This document shows, in pieces, positions 20,571 through 30,154 of a stretch of 64,000 nt of DNA. The stretch is taken from assembly GCA_052034235.1 (NCBI GenBank), contig JBPOIT010000013.1, forward strand, positions 3,257-67,256, in the 5' to 3' direction. Origin of the DNA: Candidatus Levyibacteriota bacterium (GTDB taxonomy: Bacteria > Patescibacteriota > Microgenomatia > Levybacterales > UBA12049). The notes beneath the pieces are model-generated. The model saw only the letters and a list, made by a program, of their open reading frames with translations. It ran no database searches and was not told the origin of the DNA. Each line of letters begins with the position of its first letter. Within the stretch, counting starts at the first letter, position 1. The translations under genes were made by a program, and so were the position numbers.

Positions 20571-21743
20571 TCAGCTAAATATAGAAAGAATTTGCTTGAT
20601 TTCACTTCGAGTTAATTCCGGATTATTTCCAAAATACAAACCTTGCTCATGTATAAGTCCGGCATTCGAGTTACTGAGGACATATTTCTTTTCGTACTTA
20701 CTAAAAAAAGGCTGTTTGGTCATGTCTCCACCAACAATCGGTCTGAGTTCGATAATACCATCACATTTATTTACTAATTCATCTCGAACTTTTTTAGATT
20801 TACAAATGACAGGAAAAGCAAAATTTGAAATGAGATCTATGTGGTCATAACGTATCGGATAAAAAAGATCTTTTTTTGCATATATCTTTTCTGCCACTTC
20901 TAAAAATGTTTCTTTTCTCTTTTTAACTATTTCATCCAGGTATGGAACTTGTGTATTACCGATAAATCCATTAATTTCTGTCGGACGCAAATTGTAACCG
21001 AGATCATAGAAGGTATAGCGTGAATAAAAAGTGGAATTTACTTTATGTTTGTTTCTAATTTTTAACTGAGGCTTTTCTGCTAAATTTCTATCCCAACCAT
21101 GTGCTCTGACAAGACGCAGCATTGTTGCGAGGTTTTCATTATCAGTACATACAGCCCCTCCTTCAATTGTAGACATATGATGACCAACATAAAACGAAAA
21201 TGTGCTCGCAGCGCCATAATTCCCTAGTTTTTTTCCTTTATAGACAGTACCTAACGATTCACAATTATCTTCAATGAGTATTATTTTCTCCTCATCACAA
21301 ATTTTTTTAATTTCATCAATATCATCACAAAATCCAAGCAAATTGGTCAGAAACACCATTTTTAGATCATGCTTTCTGAGCGTTTCTCTTAATTTTTTAC
21401 TGGAAACATTTAGAGTATCGATTTCAACATCAATTGGCACTGCACGTAAGCCAAGCTGAATAAGTGGCATAACGTTTGTTGACCAGGTAAGTGCTGAGAA
21501 ACCAACTCTGTCACCTTTACTTATTTTTCCTAGATTAAGTAGTGCTTGCACGATAGCAAGATTTGCTGAACTACCGCTATTGAGAAAGATACAATGTTTA
21601 CGACCCTGCCATTTTGCAAAAGCTGCTTCAAATTTATGGCATTCAGGACCAAAACTCATCATATCAGCATGTTGAATAAAGTTTGTTAACTTTTTCTTTG
21701 TATCTGATTCATTGTAGAAAGTTGATTTTATTAATTTAATCAT
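20571..21743 (-). CDS. PLP/PMP-dependent GDP-4-keto-6-deoxymannose 3-dehydratase (ColD/WbdK-like; DegT/DnrJ family)
   Basis: NSGSSANL, IEDNCESLG, FSFYVGHHMSTIEGG (His where aminotransferases have the Schiff-base Lys), RAHGWDRNL, GYNLRP, ELRPIVGGD; no E1/RfbH-type Cys motif. Confidence 0.8.
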   Translation of the reverse strand: MIKLIKSTFYNESDTKKKLTNFIQHADMMSFGPECHKFEAAFAKWQGRKHCIFLNSGSSANLAIVQALLNLGKISKGDRVGFSALTWSTNVMPLIQLGLRAVPIDVEIDTLNVSSKKLRETLRKHDLKMVFLTNLLGFCDDIDEIKKICDEEKIILIEDNCESLGTVYKGKKLGNYGAASTFSFYVGHHMSTIEGGAVCTDNENLATMLRLVRAHGWDRNLAEKPQLKIRNKHKVNSTFYSRYTFYDLGYNLRPTEINGFIGNTQVPYLDEIVKKRKETFLEVAEKIYAKKDLFYPIRYDHIDLISNFAFPVICKSKKVRDELVNKCDGIIELRPIVGGDMTKQPFFSKYEKKYVLSNSNAGLIHEQGLYFGNNPELTRSEIKQILSIFS

Positions 21744-21749
21744 AAGTAA

Positions 21750-22904
21750 CTATAATGTTTTTTGTAATGCCGAGGAAAAAATAGTTTCCCAACTATAATC
21801 TTTACTCATTATAACAACATTTTTTTTCATTTGCTTAAGTAAGACGTCATCTGTGAGTAGTTTTATGCTGGCATCAACAAATTCTTTTTTATCATACTTA
21901 ATCGCAACTCCGCAAACTCTGTCGTTAATTTCGTAAGCAATCTGTGTCATTTTCGTTATGATAATTGGCAAGCCAGCAGCTAAATAAGCTTTTACTTTTC
22001 CAGGGTCTGTATACTGAATATAATTATCTTTTGTATTCACATAGGGTGCTAATCCATACGCTCCATATGAAAGCATTTTTTCAACCTCAGAGTGATCTTT
22101 CACAAAGCCATGCCAAGTTATATATTTAGTAACATTATATTTCTTAGCCATTGCTTTTAGCTCAGGCTCATAACTTCCGCCACCAATAATTTCTAAGTGA
22201 AATTTGGGTACTTTTTTTATAATATCTGGAATTGCTTCTATTATTAACTGTACGCCTTGTTTCGGAATAAGATGTCCCATATGAACTGCTGTGGTTCGTT
22301 TTATTTTTGCAAACGGTACAGAAGTAATATTGCCTTCAGTACCCATCGGAACAACAATTTGTTTTTGTCTATACTCCTTACTCACACCTTTTTTTTCTCT
22401 TTCAGAAACCATAACTTTTGAAAGATTCCAAACCATGTCACTATTTTTAACACAATAGGTGTCTAGCGCATGATACATATTATTCATAATGCTATTGGGA
22501 AAACGATTTGGGATATAATCGATTGTCCAGAAAGCAGTTTTTTTGACTACTCCAATTTTTTTGAGTAAAACTCCAACTGATGCATTAAAGCAATCTGCCC
22601 CTACAAAAAGGTCAATAGGCCTATTCTTTATTAACCAAGCAAAGGTCAAAACATTATCTTTTATCAGGCTCAAAAATTGATTTTTCGGAGTAAATCCTGA
22701 AAAGGTATTTACAGATTTGGATTTACCTTTTGTATAGACTCTCATATGTGATCTTGTATCCTTTGCAAAAACAAAAGGATGTCCTATGAAAATAAGTTTA
22801 TCTGTCTTTCCTGTGAGGTATGTTTCGAGAGCATGAGTCGGACCAGTCGCGTAGATATGACTTACAATTGCAATCTTTTTATTTTCGAGTTCATGTTTAT
22901 TCAT
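21750..22904 (-). CDS. GT4 glycosyltransferase
   Basis: HMGHLIPKQG, IIGGG, PGKVKAYLAAGLPII, YSW. Confidence 0.85.
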   Translation of the reverse strand: MNKHELENKKIAIVSHIYATGPTHALETYLTGKTDKLIFIGHPFVFAKDTRSHMRVYTKGKSKSVNTFSGFTPKNQFLSLIKDNVLTFAWLIKNRPIDLFVGADCFNASVGVLLKKIGVVKKTAFWTIDYIPNRFPNSIMNNMYHALDTYCVKNSDMVWNLSKVMVSEREKKGVSKEYRQKQIVVPMGTEGNITSVPFAKIKRTTAVHMGHLIPKQGVQLIIEAIPDIIKKVPKFHLEIIGGGSYEPELKAMAKKYNVTKYITWHGFVKDHSEVEKMLSYGAYGLAPYVNTKDNYIQYTDPGKVKAYLAAGLPIIITKMTQIAYEINDRVCGVAIKYDKKEFVDASIKLLTDDVLLKQMKKNVVIMSKDYSWETIFSSALQKTL

Positions 22905-23877
22905 TCGTTTCTTCTTTTTTAATCTCCTTTACCATCCATTCATAAAGTTTTTTAAAGCCGTCTTTGGTTGAATATTTATCACGGTATGTATAATGACGAT
23001 AAAATTTTGAATTATCTATCCCACGTGCTAAAACACCGCTTGGTTTTGAAAGGTCATAGGTATATTTCTTTTCAACTCCTGCAATTTCACACACCCAATC
23101 AGCACATTCTTGAACTGAAACGATCTTATCACTTGCTATATTTACTTCACCGAAATATGACTTGGCTGTCATTACTTCATACATTTTTTCTAAAGCGTCC
23201 TTAATGTATAGGAATGTTCTTGTCTGTTTACCGTTACCCCAAATTTCAATAGGCTTGCCGCTTTTTTTTGCATGCGCAACTTTATAAACAACTGCTGGTG
23301 GGAATTTCGCTCGCTCGCCTTTCCATTCCTGATATTCTCCAAAAATAGTATTGAGGATACCAACTCGAACATCAACCGGAGCTTCTTTTGCTAGGAGTAT
23401 CATAATAAACTTTTCCCACCCATACATTTGATCTGCATTCGCAGGTATAAGCATTTCCTCCTTCAACATGGGTGTGACCTGCTCCGTTGCCTGGATATGA
23501 ATAGGATATGCACAAGCGCTAGCCGGATAAAAAAGTCTTTTTACCTTCTTTTCCTCACAAGCTTTAAGGATATTCATATCCATGTACATATTATCCATAA
23601 ATGGCGTGTAATTATGAGCGTTAAAAAATCCAACCCCTCCCATATTTGCTGCAAAATGGAAAATGCCATCTACACCGTCTACTGCTTTGAGAGCATCTTC
23701 ATATTTTGTAAGATCAAGAAGTAAGACCTCATCCGCTTGTTCATACTGAGATCTAGTAAGTTCGTAGTGTTTTCGAATAACTGCTCTTACTTTATGCCCC
23801 TTTTTCTTGAGAAATGTTACCATTTGGCAACCAATAAAACCGGTCGCGCCGGTGACAGTAATTGTTTTTAGATTCAT
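22897..23877 (-). CDS. GDP-mannose 3',5'-epimerase-like extended SDR
   Basis: VTGATGFIG, FHFAANMGGVGF, YPASACAYP, YGWEK, IFGEYQEWKGERAKFPPA, IWGNGKQTRTF; matches GME motifs (LAADMGGMGF, SSACIYP, YGLEK). Confidence 0.75.
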   Translation of the reverse strand: MNLKTITVTGATGFIGCQMVTFLKKKGHKVRAVIRKHYELTRSQYEQADEVLLLDLTKYEDALKAVDGVDGIFHFAANMGGVGFFNAHNYTPFMDNMYMDMNILKACEEKKVKRLFYPASACAYPIHIQATEQVTPMLKEEMLIPANADQMYGWEKFIMILLAKEAPVDVRVGILNTIFGEYQEWKGERAKFPPAVVYKVAHAKKSGKPIEIWGNGKQTRTFLYIKDALEKMYEVMTAKSYFGEVNIASDKIVSVQECADWVCEIAGVEKKYTYDLSKPSGVLARGIDNSKFYRHYTYRDKYSTKDGFKKLYEWMVKEIKKEETNE

Positions 23878-24971
23878 AGTTGAGGAAATTTACTAATGGT
23901 CTCCGCTATATACTCAATTTCTTTTTTTGTAAGTTCTGGATACATTGGCAAAGATAATATTCTCTTTGCGCTTTGATCAGCATTTGGAAAGTCGCCTTGT
24001 TTGTAACCAAGATATTTATAGCATTTTTGCAAATAAATAGGAAGTGGATAATGGATGAGTGTGCTTATTCCATGATCTGTAAGATAGGATTGTAGTTTAT
24101 CTCTCTGTTCATGTTCGGCAACAAAGACATGATAACACGATACACTCTTGTCATACAGTTTTTGTGTTTTTACACCAACGAGTAATTGATTATAATATTC
24201 TGCATTTTTTACCCTTGCTTTATTCCATGTATCCAGGTGTCGTAGTTTAACACGTAAGACAGTAGCCTGTATTTCATCAAGACGAGAATTGATGCCGATT
24301 GAATCATGATAATATTTTTTTGATTGTCCATAATTTCGAAGTTTTAATAATTTCTCATATAACTCTTTACTGTTTGTGCTAATACCTCCGCCATCACCGT
24401 ACGCTCCCAAATTTTTTCCCGGATAAAAACTGAACACTCCTAAGTCACCAAAACCCCCTACACGCTTATCTTTGAAGGTTGCCCCGTGTGCTTGAGCAGC
24501 ATCCTCCACAAGAAAAAGTTTCTCACGCTTTGCAAGTGCTTTTATTGCCTCAATATCACTAGGTGCACCGTAAAGGTGAACAGGCATTATTGCTTTTGTA
24601 TTTTTCGTTATTTTCTTTTTTATCTCTTCAATATCTATTTGATGTGTCTCTTTATCGATATCGACAAAAACAGGAGTTGCACCAATTTGTGAGATGCCTA
24701 ACGCTGTCGCTATAAAGCTATTAACCGGCAGAATAACCTCATCACCTTTTCCAATACCAAGTGACCATAAAGCCAAAATTAATCCATCTGTTCCTGAAGC
24801 AACTCCAACAAAATATTTTACTCCTAAGTATTTCGCAAATTCCTTTTCAAACTGTGCTAATTCTTCCCCCAAAATAAAATATTGCCGTTTGATAACACCT
24901 TCAACGGCATCATCAACTTCATTTTTTATTTGTGCATATTGTTTTTGAAAATCTAAGAATTTAATATTCAT
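23874..24971 (-). CDS. DegT/DnrJ sugar aminotransferase (FdtB/QdtB-like)
   Basis: SGTDGL, PVHLYG, EDAAQAHGA, SFYPGKNLGAYGDGG, NSRLDEIQA, LSLPMYP. Confidence 0.9.
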   Translation of the reverse strand: MNIKFLDFQKQYAQIKNEVDDAVEGVIKRQYFILGEELAQFEKEFAKYLGVKYFVGVASGTDGLILALWSLGIGKGDEVILPVNSFIATALGISQIGATPVFVDIDKETHQIDIEEIKKKITKNTKAIMPVHLYGAPSDIEAIKALAKREKLFLVEDAAQAHGATFKDKRVGGFGDLGVFSFYPGKNLGAYGDGGGISTNSKELYEKLLKLRNYGQSKKYYHDSIGINSRLDEIQATVLRVKLRHLDTWNKARVKNAEYYNQLLVGVKTQKLYDKSVSCYHVFVAEHEQRDKLQSYLTDHGISTLIHYPLPIYLQKCYKYLGYKQGDFPNADQSAKRILSLPMYPELTKKEIEYIAETISKFPQL

Positions 24972-25531
24972 TACATTAGTGATACCTTTCCATTATCGAT
25001 TTTATATTTTTTGTGACAGCTGCATTCAAATTCGGATAAGTCCAATTCGATTTTATTCGCACAGACACATACAAACCCTTTGAGCTCCGCGGGATTACCA
25101 TATACCAAACCGAAATCAGGAACATCTTTTGTAACGACCGCACCTGCTCCTACAAGTGCGTATTGTCCCACTGTTACACCAGCAAGTATAGTCGCATTGG
25201 CACCGATCGATGCTCCCTTTTTAATAATTATAGATTGCTGAACGTAATCTTTATTTTTGCTTCGTGGATGTAAATCATTCGTGAATGCAGCTGCTGGACC
25301 AACAAAAACATTGTCTTCTAACCTAACTCCGTCCCATAAATAAACACCGCATTTAACTGTTACGTTATCTCCGAGTACAACATCATTTTCTATAAAACAA
25401 TGGTCATTAATATTTGCATTTTTCCCAATGACCGCACCTTTAAGAATATGTGTAAATGCCCAAATCGTTGATTCATCACCAATTGCATTTGTTTCAACTA
25501 TTGCTTTATCGTGTATAAAAAAATTTGCCAT
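24971..25531 (-). CDS. LbH N-acyltransferase (WxcM N-terminal/FdtC/WbpD-like)
   Basis: IWAFTHILKGAVIG, CFIENDVVLGDNVTVKCGVYLWDG, FTNDLHPRS, GASIGANATIL, YGNPA; C-terminal CxC...CxC. Confidence 0.85.
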   Translation of the reverse strand: MANFFIHDKAIVETNAIGDESTIWAFTHILKGAVIGKNANINDHCFIENDVVLGDNVTVKCGVYLWDGVRLEDNVFVGPAAAFTNDLHPRSKNKDYVQQSIIIKKGASIGANATILAGVTVGQYALVGAGAVVTKDVPDFGLVYGNPAELKGFVCVCANKIELDLSEFECSCHKKYKIDNGKVSLM

Positions 25532-25534
25532 AGA

Positions 25535-25939
25535 CTATTTCATGAGAATTGACGGGAAAACATCATCTTGTGACCATTCCTGGTCTGTGTAATTCACAAC
25601 CGATGCCGATGCTGTAAGGCTTTTAAAAGCGTGTGCGACATGAGGTCCAATTTCAAGTCTAATATATTTTTTATCTTTGGAGTCGAGTATGAGTTTCTTT
25701 TTTTGTCCAGTTTTGACATCTTGCAATACAACGCTAACCTTCCCATGAACAACACCAAACCATTCTCGAATTCTTTTGTGATAATGATTTGCTCTTACTG
25801 TGCCCTTTTTTTTGAAGGTAACAAAATATATTTGGCCAAAATGTTCATACTTCTTTTCTAAATTTGAAGCGCGCAAAAAAACAATAAGGTCACCCCTCGC
25901 ATCACTGAATTTATCAAAATACTCTATCTTATAATCCAT
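25535..25939 (-). CDS. Cupin sugar isomerase/epimerase (FdtA/QdtA/WxcM C-terminal-like)
   Basis: DARGDL, RANHYH, E.F.VVHG, GPHVAHAF; lies next to an aminotransferase and an N-acyltransferase. Confidence 0.7.
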   Translation of the reverse strand: MDYKIEYFDKFSDARGDLIVFLRASNLEKKYEHFGQIYFVTFKKKGTVRANHYHKRIREWFGVVHGKVSVVLQDVKTGQKKKLILDSKDKKYIRLEIGPHVAHAFKSLTASASVVNYTDQEWSQDDVFPSILMK

Positions 25940-25940
25940 C

Positions 25941-26936
25941 TTATTTTTGGCGAGACACTATTGCGCTTGTTGTCGTCTTGTATAAAATTACCTCCACAAT
26001 ACTCGCATATGCTGACAAAAAACACAAGACTGGATGCATTAACCAAACTGGATTCTTGTCACGAAATACACCATAGACACTAACAACAAGCGGAGCAATG
26101 ATTGTTAATGCGTACAGCGGCCAAAGTTTTATTCGCAATTTCTGCTGTTGAGATAATTGGCTTGCCCTTAATACTATACCATACTTTTTCTTTTCCAGAG
26201 CGTTTCTCGTAGCCCATCTTTGCTTTCTAAAAAAATGATCAAAATCTCGTACTGTATCATGATATAAATGAACTGAATGAACATAAGCTATTTTTTTCTT
26301 TTGGTCAAGTAAATCCAAAATTGGTCGAATGTCATCCATGGCGTCACTCTTTTTTCTTTTAAAACCTTTTCTAACGGTAAATCCTTGAGCAAATGCCATC
26401 ATTGGCCGAGTTTCATTTGATGAATAATCATAAAGATCATAAATTTCGTTGTGATCAAGTGTTTTATATATTCGATGGAATGTTCTGGCATTCGCAGCAT
26501 ATCCATAAACAAAATGATTATATGGGTCAGTAAACGTATTGACGTATTTGCTGTATATGGTGTAATTATCTTTACTATCCTGCATTGGAAATGCCGCATA
26601 TATTGTTTTATCCTCAAAAACTTGAGCCATTCTTTTTAAGCTCTCTTTGTCATGTAAAAAGTTATCTACAGCGAGAACCATCATTAAGTCTCCTGTAGCA
26701 ACAGACATACCGAGAGTAATTGCAGGTTCTGCTAATCTTTTCTCATTGTGATACACTTTGACCTTATATTTTTTTGCAATACTAAGCGTATTATCTGTAG
26801 ATCCCCCATCCAATATCAGTAATTCAATTTTATGCTTTGGATAAGTTTGATTAGTAATTGTTTCGAGAAAAGAGTGAATTATTTTGGCATTGTTATATGT
26901 TGGGGTGAGTATGGAAATGGTAGGTAATTCTTGCAT
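25941..26936 (-). CDS. GT2 glycosyltransferase
   Basis: ISILTPTYN, QTYP, LDGGSTDNT, C-terminal TMs. Confidence 0.85.
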   Translation of the reverse strand: MQELPTISILTPTYNNAKIIHSFLETITNQTYPKHKIELLILDGGSTDNTLSIAKKYKVKVYHNEKRLAEPAITLGMSVATGDLMMVLAVDNFLHDKESLKRMAQVFEDKTIYAAFPMQDSKDNYTIYSKYVNTFTDPYNHFVYGYAANARTFHRIYKTLDHNEIYDLYDYSSNETRPMMAFAQGFTVRKGFKRKKSDAMDDIRPILDLLDQKKKIAYVHSVHLYHDTVRDFDHFFRKQRWATRNALEKKKYGIVLRASQLSQQQKLRIKLWPLYALTIIAPLVVSVYGVFRDKNPVWLMHPVLCFLSAYASIVEVILYKTTTSAIVSRQK

Positions 26937-26937
26937 A

Positions 26938-28038
26938 TTATGTCTTAATTTGAGATTTTATAAATTGTAATGCAACCTCAGCTGTTTTATCCCAGGAATA
27001 TTTTTTTGAATGATTTTGCCCCGCTACCTGCAATGCTTTATATTTTTTGTCGTCCTGCAATAATCCAATTGTTTCTTTTGCTAAATCATTGGGATTTGAA
27101 TTCACGAGTATACCGGTCTTATTTTGTATAATAATATCACGAAATCCAGGAATATTATAGACTACTGAAGGTGTGTTTACGAAGCCTGCTTCAGGGACAG
27201 TTAAACCCCATCCTTCCTGAGCTGAAGCACTAATGAGAATGTGCGCTCTAGCCATTAATGAAAATTTTTCTCTTTCGCTGACGAACCCCCAGAGTCTAAC
27301 TTTATTCTTTATTTTCTCTGAAATAAGCATGTTTTCAATTTCTTTTCGAAACTCACTGGTAGCAGATCCTACAAGCCATAAATTTGCATTCGGAAAAGAA
27401 TCATGGATTTTTGAAAAGGCTTCTAAAATTGAAATTGTCCCTTTTTGAATATTTAATCGGCCGACGGATATAAGAGTAGGATTTTTTTCTTTTTTTTCAA
27501 GTTTTAAATTATTTGGAAGTGTCAGACCCATTGGAATGACGATTATTACACGCTCGTTATAACCAGTTTTAATAAGATCAAGACGCGTAGATTCTGAGAT
27601 AACCATCGTAGGTGTGTTTTTATACAGTGCTAGATAAAGCTTCTCAATTAAAGAAAATGCCAGTGCTATTGGACGAGGAAAAATCTTATAGAAAAGGTTT
27701 GTTGCAACTTCACAGGTAAGTGCGATCGTTTTCTCTCGAGCATAAAGCACAGAAAAAAATGGGAACCAATGGACTTCATCTATTACGATATCGAATTTCT
27801 TTTTATTTTGAAGATAATAAAAGAATGCAAAGACATGTACGCTCCACCATCTTCCTCTTCTCATAAAATGAATGCCATTTATTACTTCTTCTTTTCGGGC
27901 ATTTGGAAATAGTGATGAATATTGATAGACTTCATGCCCGTTATCTACCCAGCGTTTAGCCATTTCATGAGTCAATTGTTCAGCACCGCCACCTGAAGGA
28001 TTTGCAATGTCACGCCAATTTAGAATTAGTATTTTCAT
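26938..28038 (-). CDS. GT4 glycosyltransferase
   Basis: ILILNWRDIANPSGGGAE, SVGRLNIQKG, QEGWGLTVPEA, YSWD. Confidence 0.9.
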   Translation of the reverse strand: MKILILNWRDIANPSGGGAEQLTHEMAKRWVDNGHEVYQYSSLFPNARKEEVINGIHFMRRGRWWSVHVFAFFYYLQNKKKFDIVIDEVHWFPFFSVLYAREKTIALTCEVATNLFYKIFPRPIALAFSLIEKLYLALYKNTPTMVISESTRLDLIKTGYNERVIIVIPMGLTLPNNLKLEKKEKNPTLISVGRLNIQKGTISILEAFSKIHDSFPNANLWLVGSATSEFRKEIENMLISEKIKNKVRLWGFVSEREKFSLMARAHILISASAQEGWGLTVPEAGFVNTPSVVYNIPGFRDIIIQNKTGILVNSNPNDLAKETIGLLQDDKKYKALQVAGQNHSKKYSWDKTAEVALQFIKSQIKT

Positions 28039-28829
28039 GAAGATTTTATCGAAGAATCAGCTTTTTTTCTTGGGAGTCCCTTTGTATAGTAATGAATAAT
28101 CCTCAATCTATAAAAAACAGCCGCTGTATCCCAAAGCATCAGAAAAATAATCCTCCACATATTTTTAGAGGTGATACTACCCCCTTTAAAATTTATTTCA
28201 ACTGGCGCTTCATAAATTCTGGTATAACCTAACGCATACGCTACTGCGAGAATTTCAATGTCAAAGGCATAACGTTTTACAAGCAGGCGGGGTAATACAT
28301 CTTGAACGACTTTTCTTTTGAAAAATTTAATCCCAACCTGGGTGTCTCTCACTTTAAAACCAAAAAGAACTCGAGTTAACAAACGATATCCTCTTGATAA
28401 AATTTTTCTATAGAAAGGATAGTTTACTTTTGAAACAGGATGCAATTTTGATCCAACAACGATATCAGCATTGTACCATTCCATATGATTTAAAAGCATC
28501 ATAAAACCTGCTGGATGAATATCCATTCCGGAATCAATAAACCCTATCACATCACCTTTTGCCTCAAGCATCCCAAACCGAACTGCATAACCTTTGCCTT
28601 GGTTCAATTTATACCCAACAACTTTTACTTTTCTGGAGGCACATTTTTTTGCTTTTTCATGCGTTTTATCATCAAATCCGTCAACGACAATAATAACTTC
28701 GTAGTTATAACCGATTGAATCAAGAGTTTCAGTGATGTTTTTTATATCTCTTACGATTGTTTTTTCTTGTTTATATGCGGGGATGACTACAGAAAGAAGA
28801 TCCAGGGAGAAATCACTACGACTTTGCAT
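28035..28829 (-). CDS. GT2 polyprenyl-phosphate glycosyltransferase (DPM/DPG synthase-like)
   Basis: LSVVIPAY, NQGKGYAVRFG, FIDSG, VGSK, RDTQVGIKFF, YAFDIEIL. Confidence 0.87.
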   Translation of the reverse strand: MQSRSDFSLDLLSVVIPAYKQEKTIVRDIKNITETLDSIGYNYEVIIVVDGFDDKTHEKAKKCASRKVKVVGYKLNQGKGYAVRFGMLEAKGDVIGFIDSGMDIHPAGFMMLLNHMEWYNADIVVGSKLHPVSKVNYPFYRKILSRGYRLLTRVLFGFKVRDTQVGIKFFKRKVVQDVLPRLLVKRYAFDIEILAVAYALGYTRIYEAPVEINFKGGSITSKNMWRIIFLMLWDTAAVFYRLRIIHYYTKGLPRKKADSSIKSS

Positions 28830-28855
28830 AGACGTAGTATACCAAAAGGATATTA

Positions 28856-30130
28856 TTATGGTAAAGCAATTTTATGTTTTCTAATGACAAAATAATAATG
28901 CGAAAAGAGTCCAACAACGAGAAAACCAGTAATAGTAACAGAGATTGTTATTATTTGTTCAAATGATTGATGAAATACGTAGATAAGTACGCATTGCAAT
29001 AGTGCTCCTATCAGAATTGGTATATATACTTTTGTTTTTTGAATGGATAAATATAAATTAGCTATTATATAAAGTAATGAATATAAAGAAATAAACACTC
29101 CGAAGAAACCAAGAATGGGGCTCACGATAAGATTTTCAGTCTTTTTTGTAAAAAAGAGTATTGCTTGTTCAGGAAAAAGAAAATATCCTGCAGTCAATAC
29201 AAAAGCAAAAGCAAAGACAATGAGAAAAGACAAATTGAACGTATTCGAAAAACTTTCATTATTGCTCTTTTTTTGAATTATCATTGGAAACATAACTGCT
29301 CCTATTGGTGATGAAATATAGAAAATAACTTTCGCGATGAGTGCCATTGCCGCATAGATACCGGCACTTGTAGGGTCAAAGAAATGTTTTACCAACAAAA
29401 TATCTACAGTTATAAAGGATGTTAAACCCACCCAAGTTAGCATTGAGGGAATTCCATAGCTAAATAATTCCTTTGCTTTTATTTTAGGAACACTTTTATT
29501 TTTAGTAAAAACAAATTTTATAGGAACAAAACTAATAAGATATGCAAGTAGCGCAGAAATAAATATCGCTACTACTGCTCCAAAGACTTTATAACCAATT
29601 ATGATGGCAATAAAGCCAACTATTAACTTTGAGACAGCGCCAACAAAACTAATCATCACTTGTGATTTAAATGCCAATTTTGCCTGAATGAAAGCTATAT
29701 TTATGACACTTATTGTCCCCAAAAATATAATAAAACCTGTTAAGACAAACAAATTCATATCATAGATATGGAGGAAATCACTCACATATGGAATTAGTAA
29801 CAGAAAACCTATAAAGAGTATTACGCCGATAACAAAAAAGAACTTCATTATTTGATAATAAAAACCTCTTGCCATATCTAAATTTCCCTTCGCGAAATAA
29901 GTACCCGCGAAATTTATAACTAAAGGAATCGTTGCTGCCGTAATCAGTGAAGGAAAGGAGAAAACTGAAATAATACTAGCTAATACACCATAATCAGCAT
30001 TAGATAAATTTCTCGTCATGAAGACATTGAAGAGAAAATTAAAAAAGTTTACGAGGAGATTGCCAAGTACAACTATCGAACTACCATAGATTAAAGGATG
30101 TTTCGCTAATTTTTTGACTTTCTCACGCAT
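28856..30130 (-). CDS. Wzx/MOP-family oligosaccharide flippase
   Basis: About 12 TMs; TRNLSNADYG, VDILLVKHFF..AGIYAA, AVMFP. Confidence 0.85.
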   Translation of the reverse strand: MREKVKKLAKHPLIYGSSIVVLGNLLVNFFNFLFNVFMTRNLSNADYGVLASIISVFSFPSLITAATIPLVINFAGTYFAKGNLDMARGFYYQIMKFFFVIGVILFIGFLLLIPYVSDFLHIYDMNLFVLTGFIIFLGTISVINIAFIQAKLAFKSQVMISFVGAVSKLIVGFIAIIIGYKVFGAVVAIFISALLAYLISFVPIKFVFTKNKSVPKIKAKELFSYGIPSMLTWVGLTSFITVDILLVKHFFDPTSAGIYAAMALIAKVIFYISSPIGAVMFPMIIQKKSNNESFSNTFNLSFLIVFAFAFVLTAGYFLFPEQAILFFTKKTENLIVSPILGFFGVFISLYSLLYIIANLYLSIQKTKVYIPILIGALLQCVLIYVFHQSFEQIITISVTITGFLVVGLFSHYYFVIRKHKIALP

Positions 30131-30154
30131 AGTTTTTAAAAAACCTCGAAGAGT

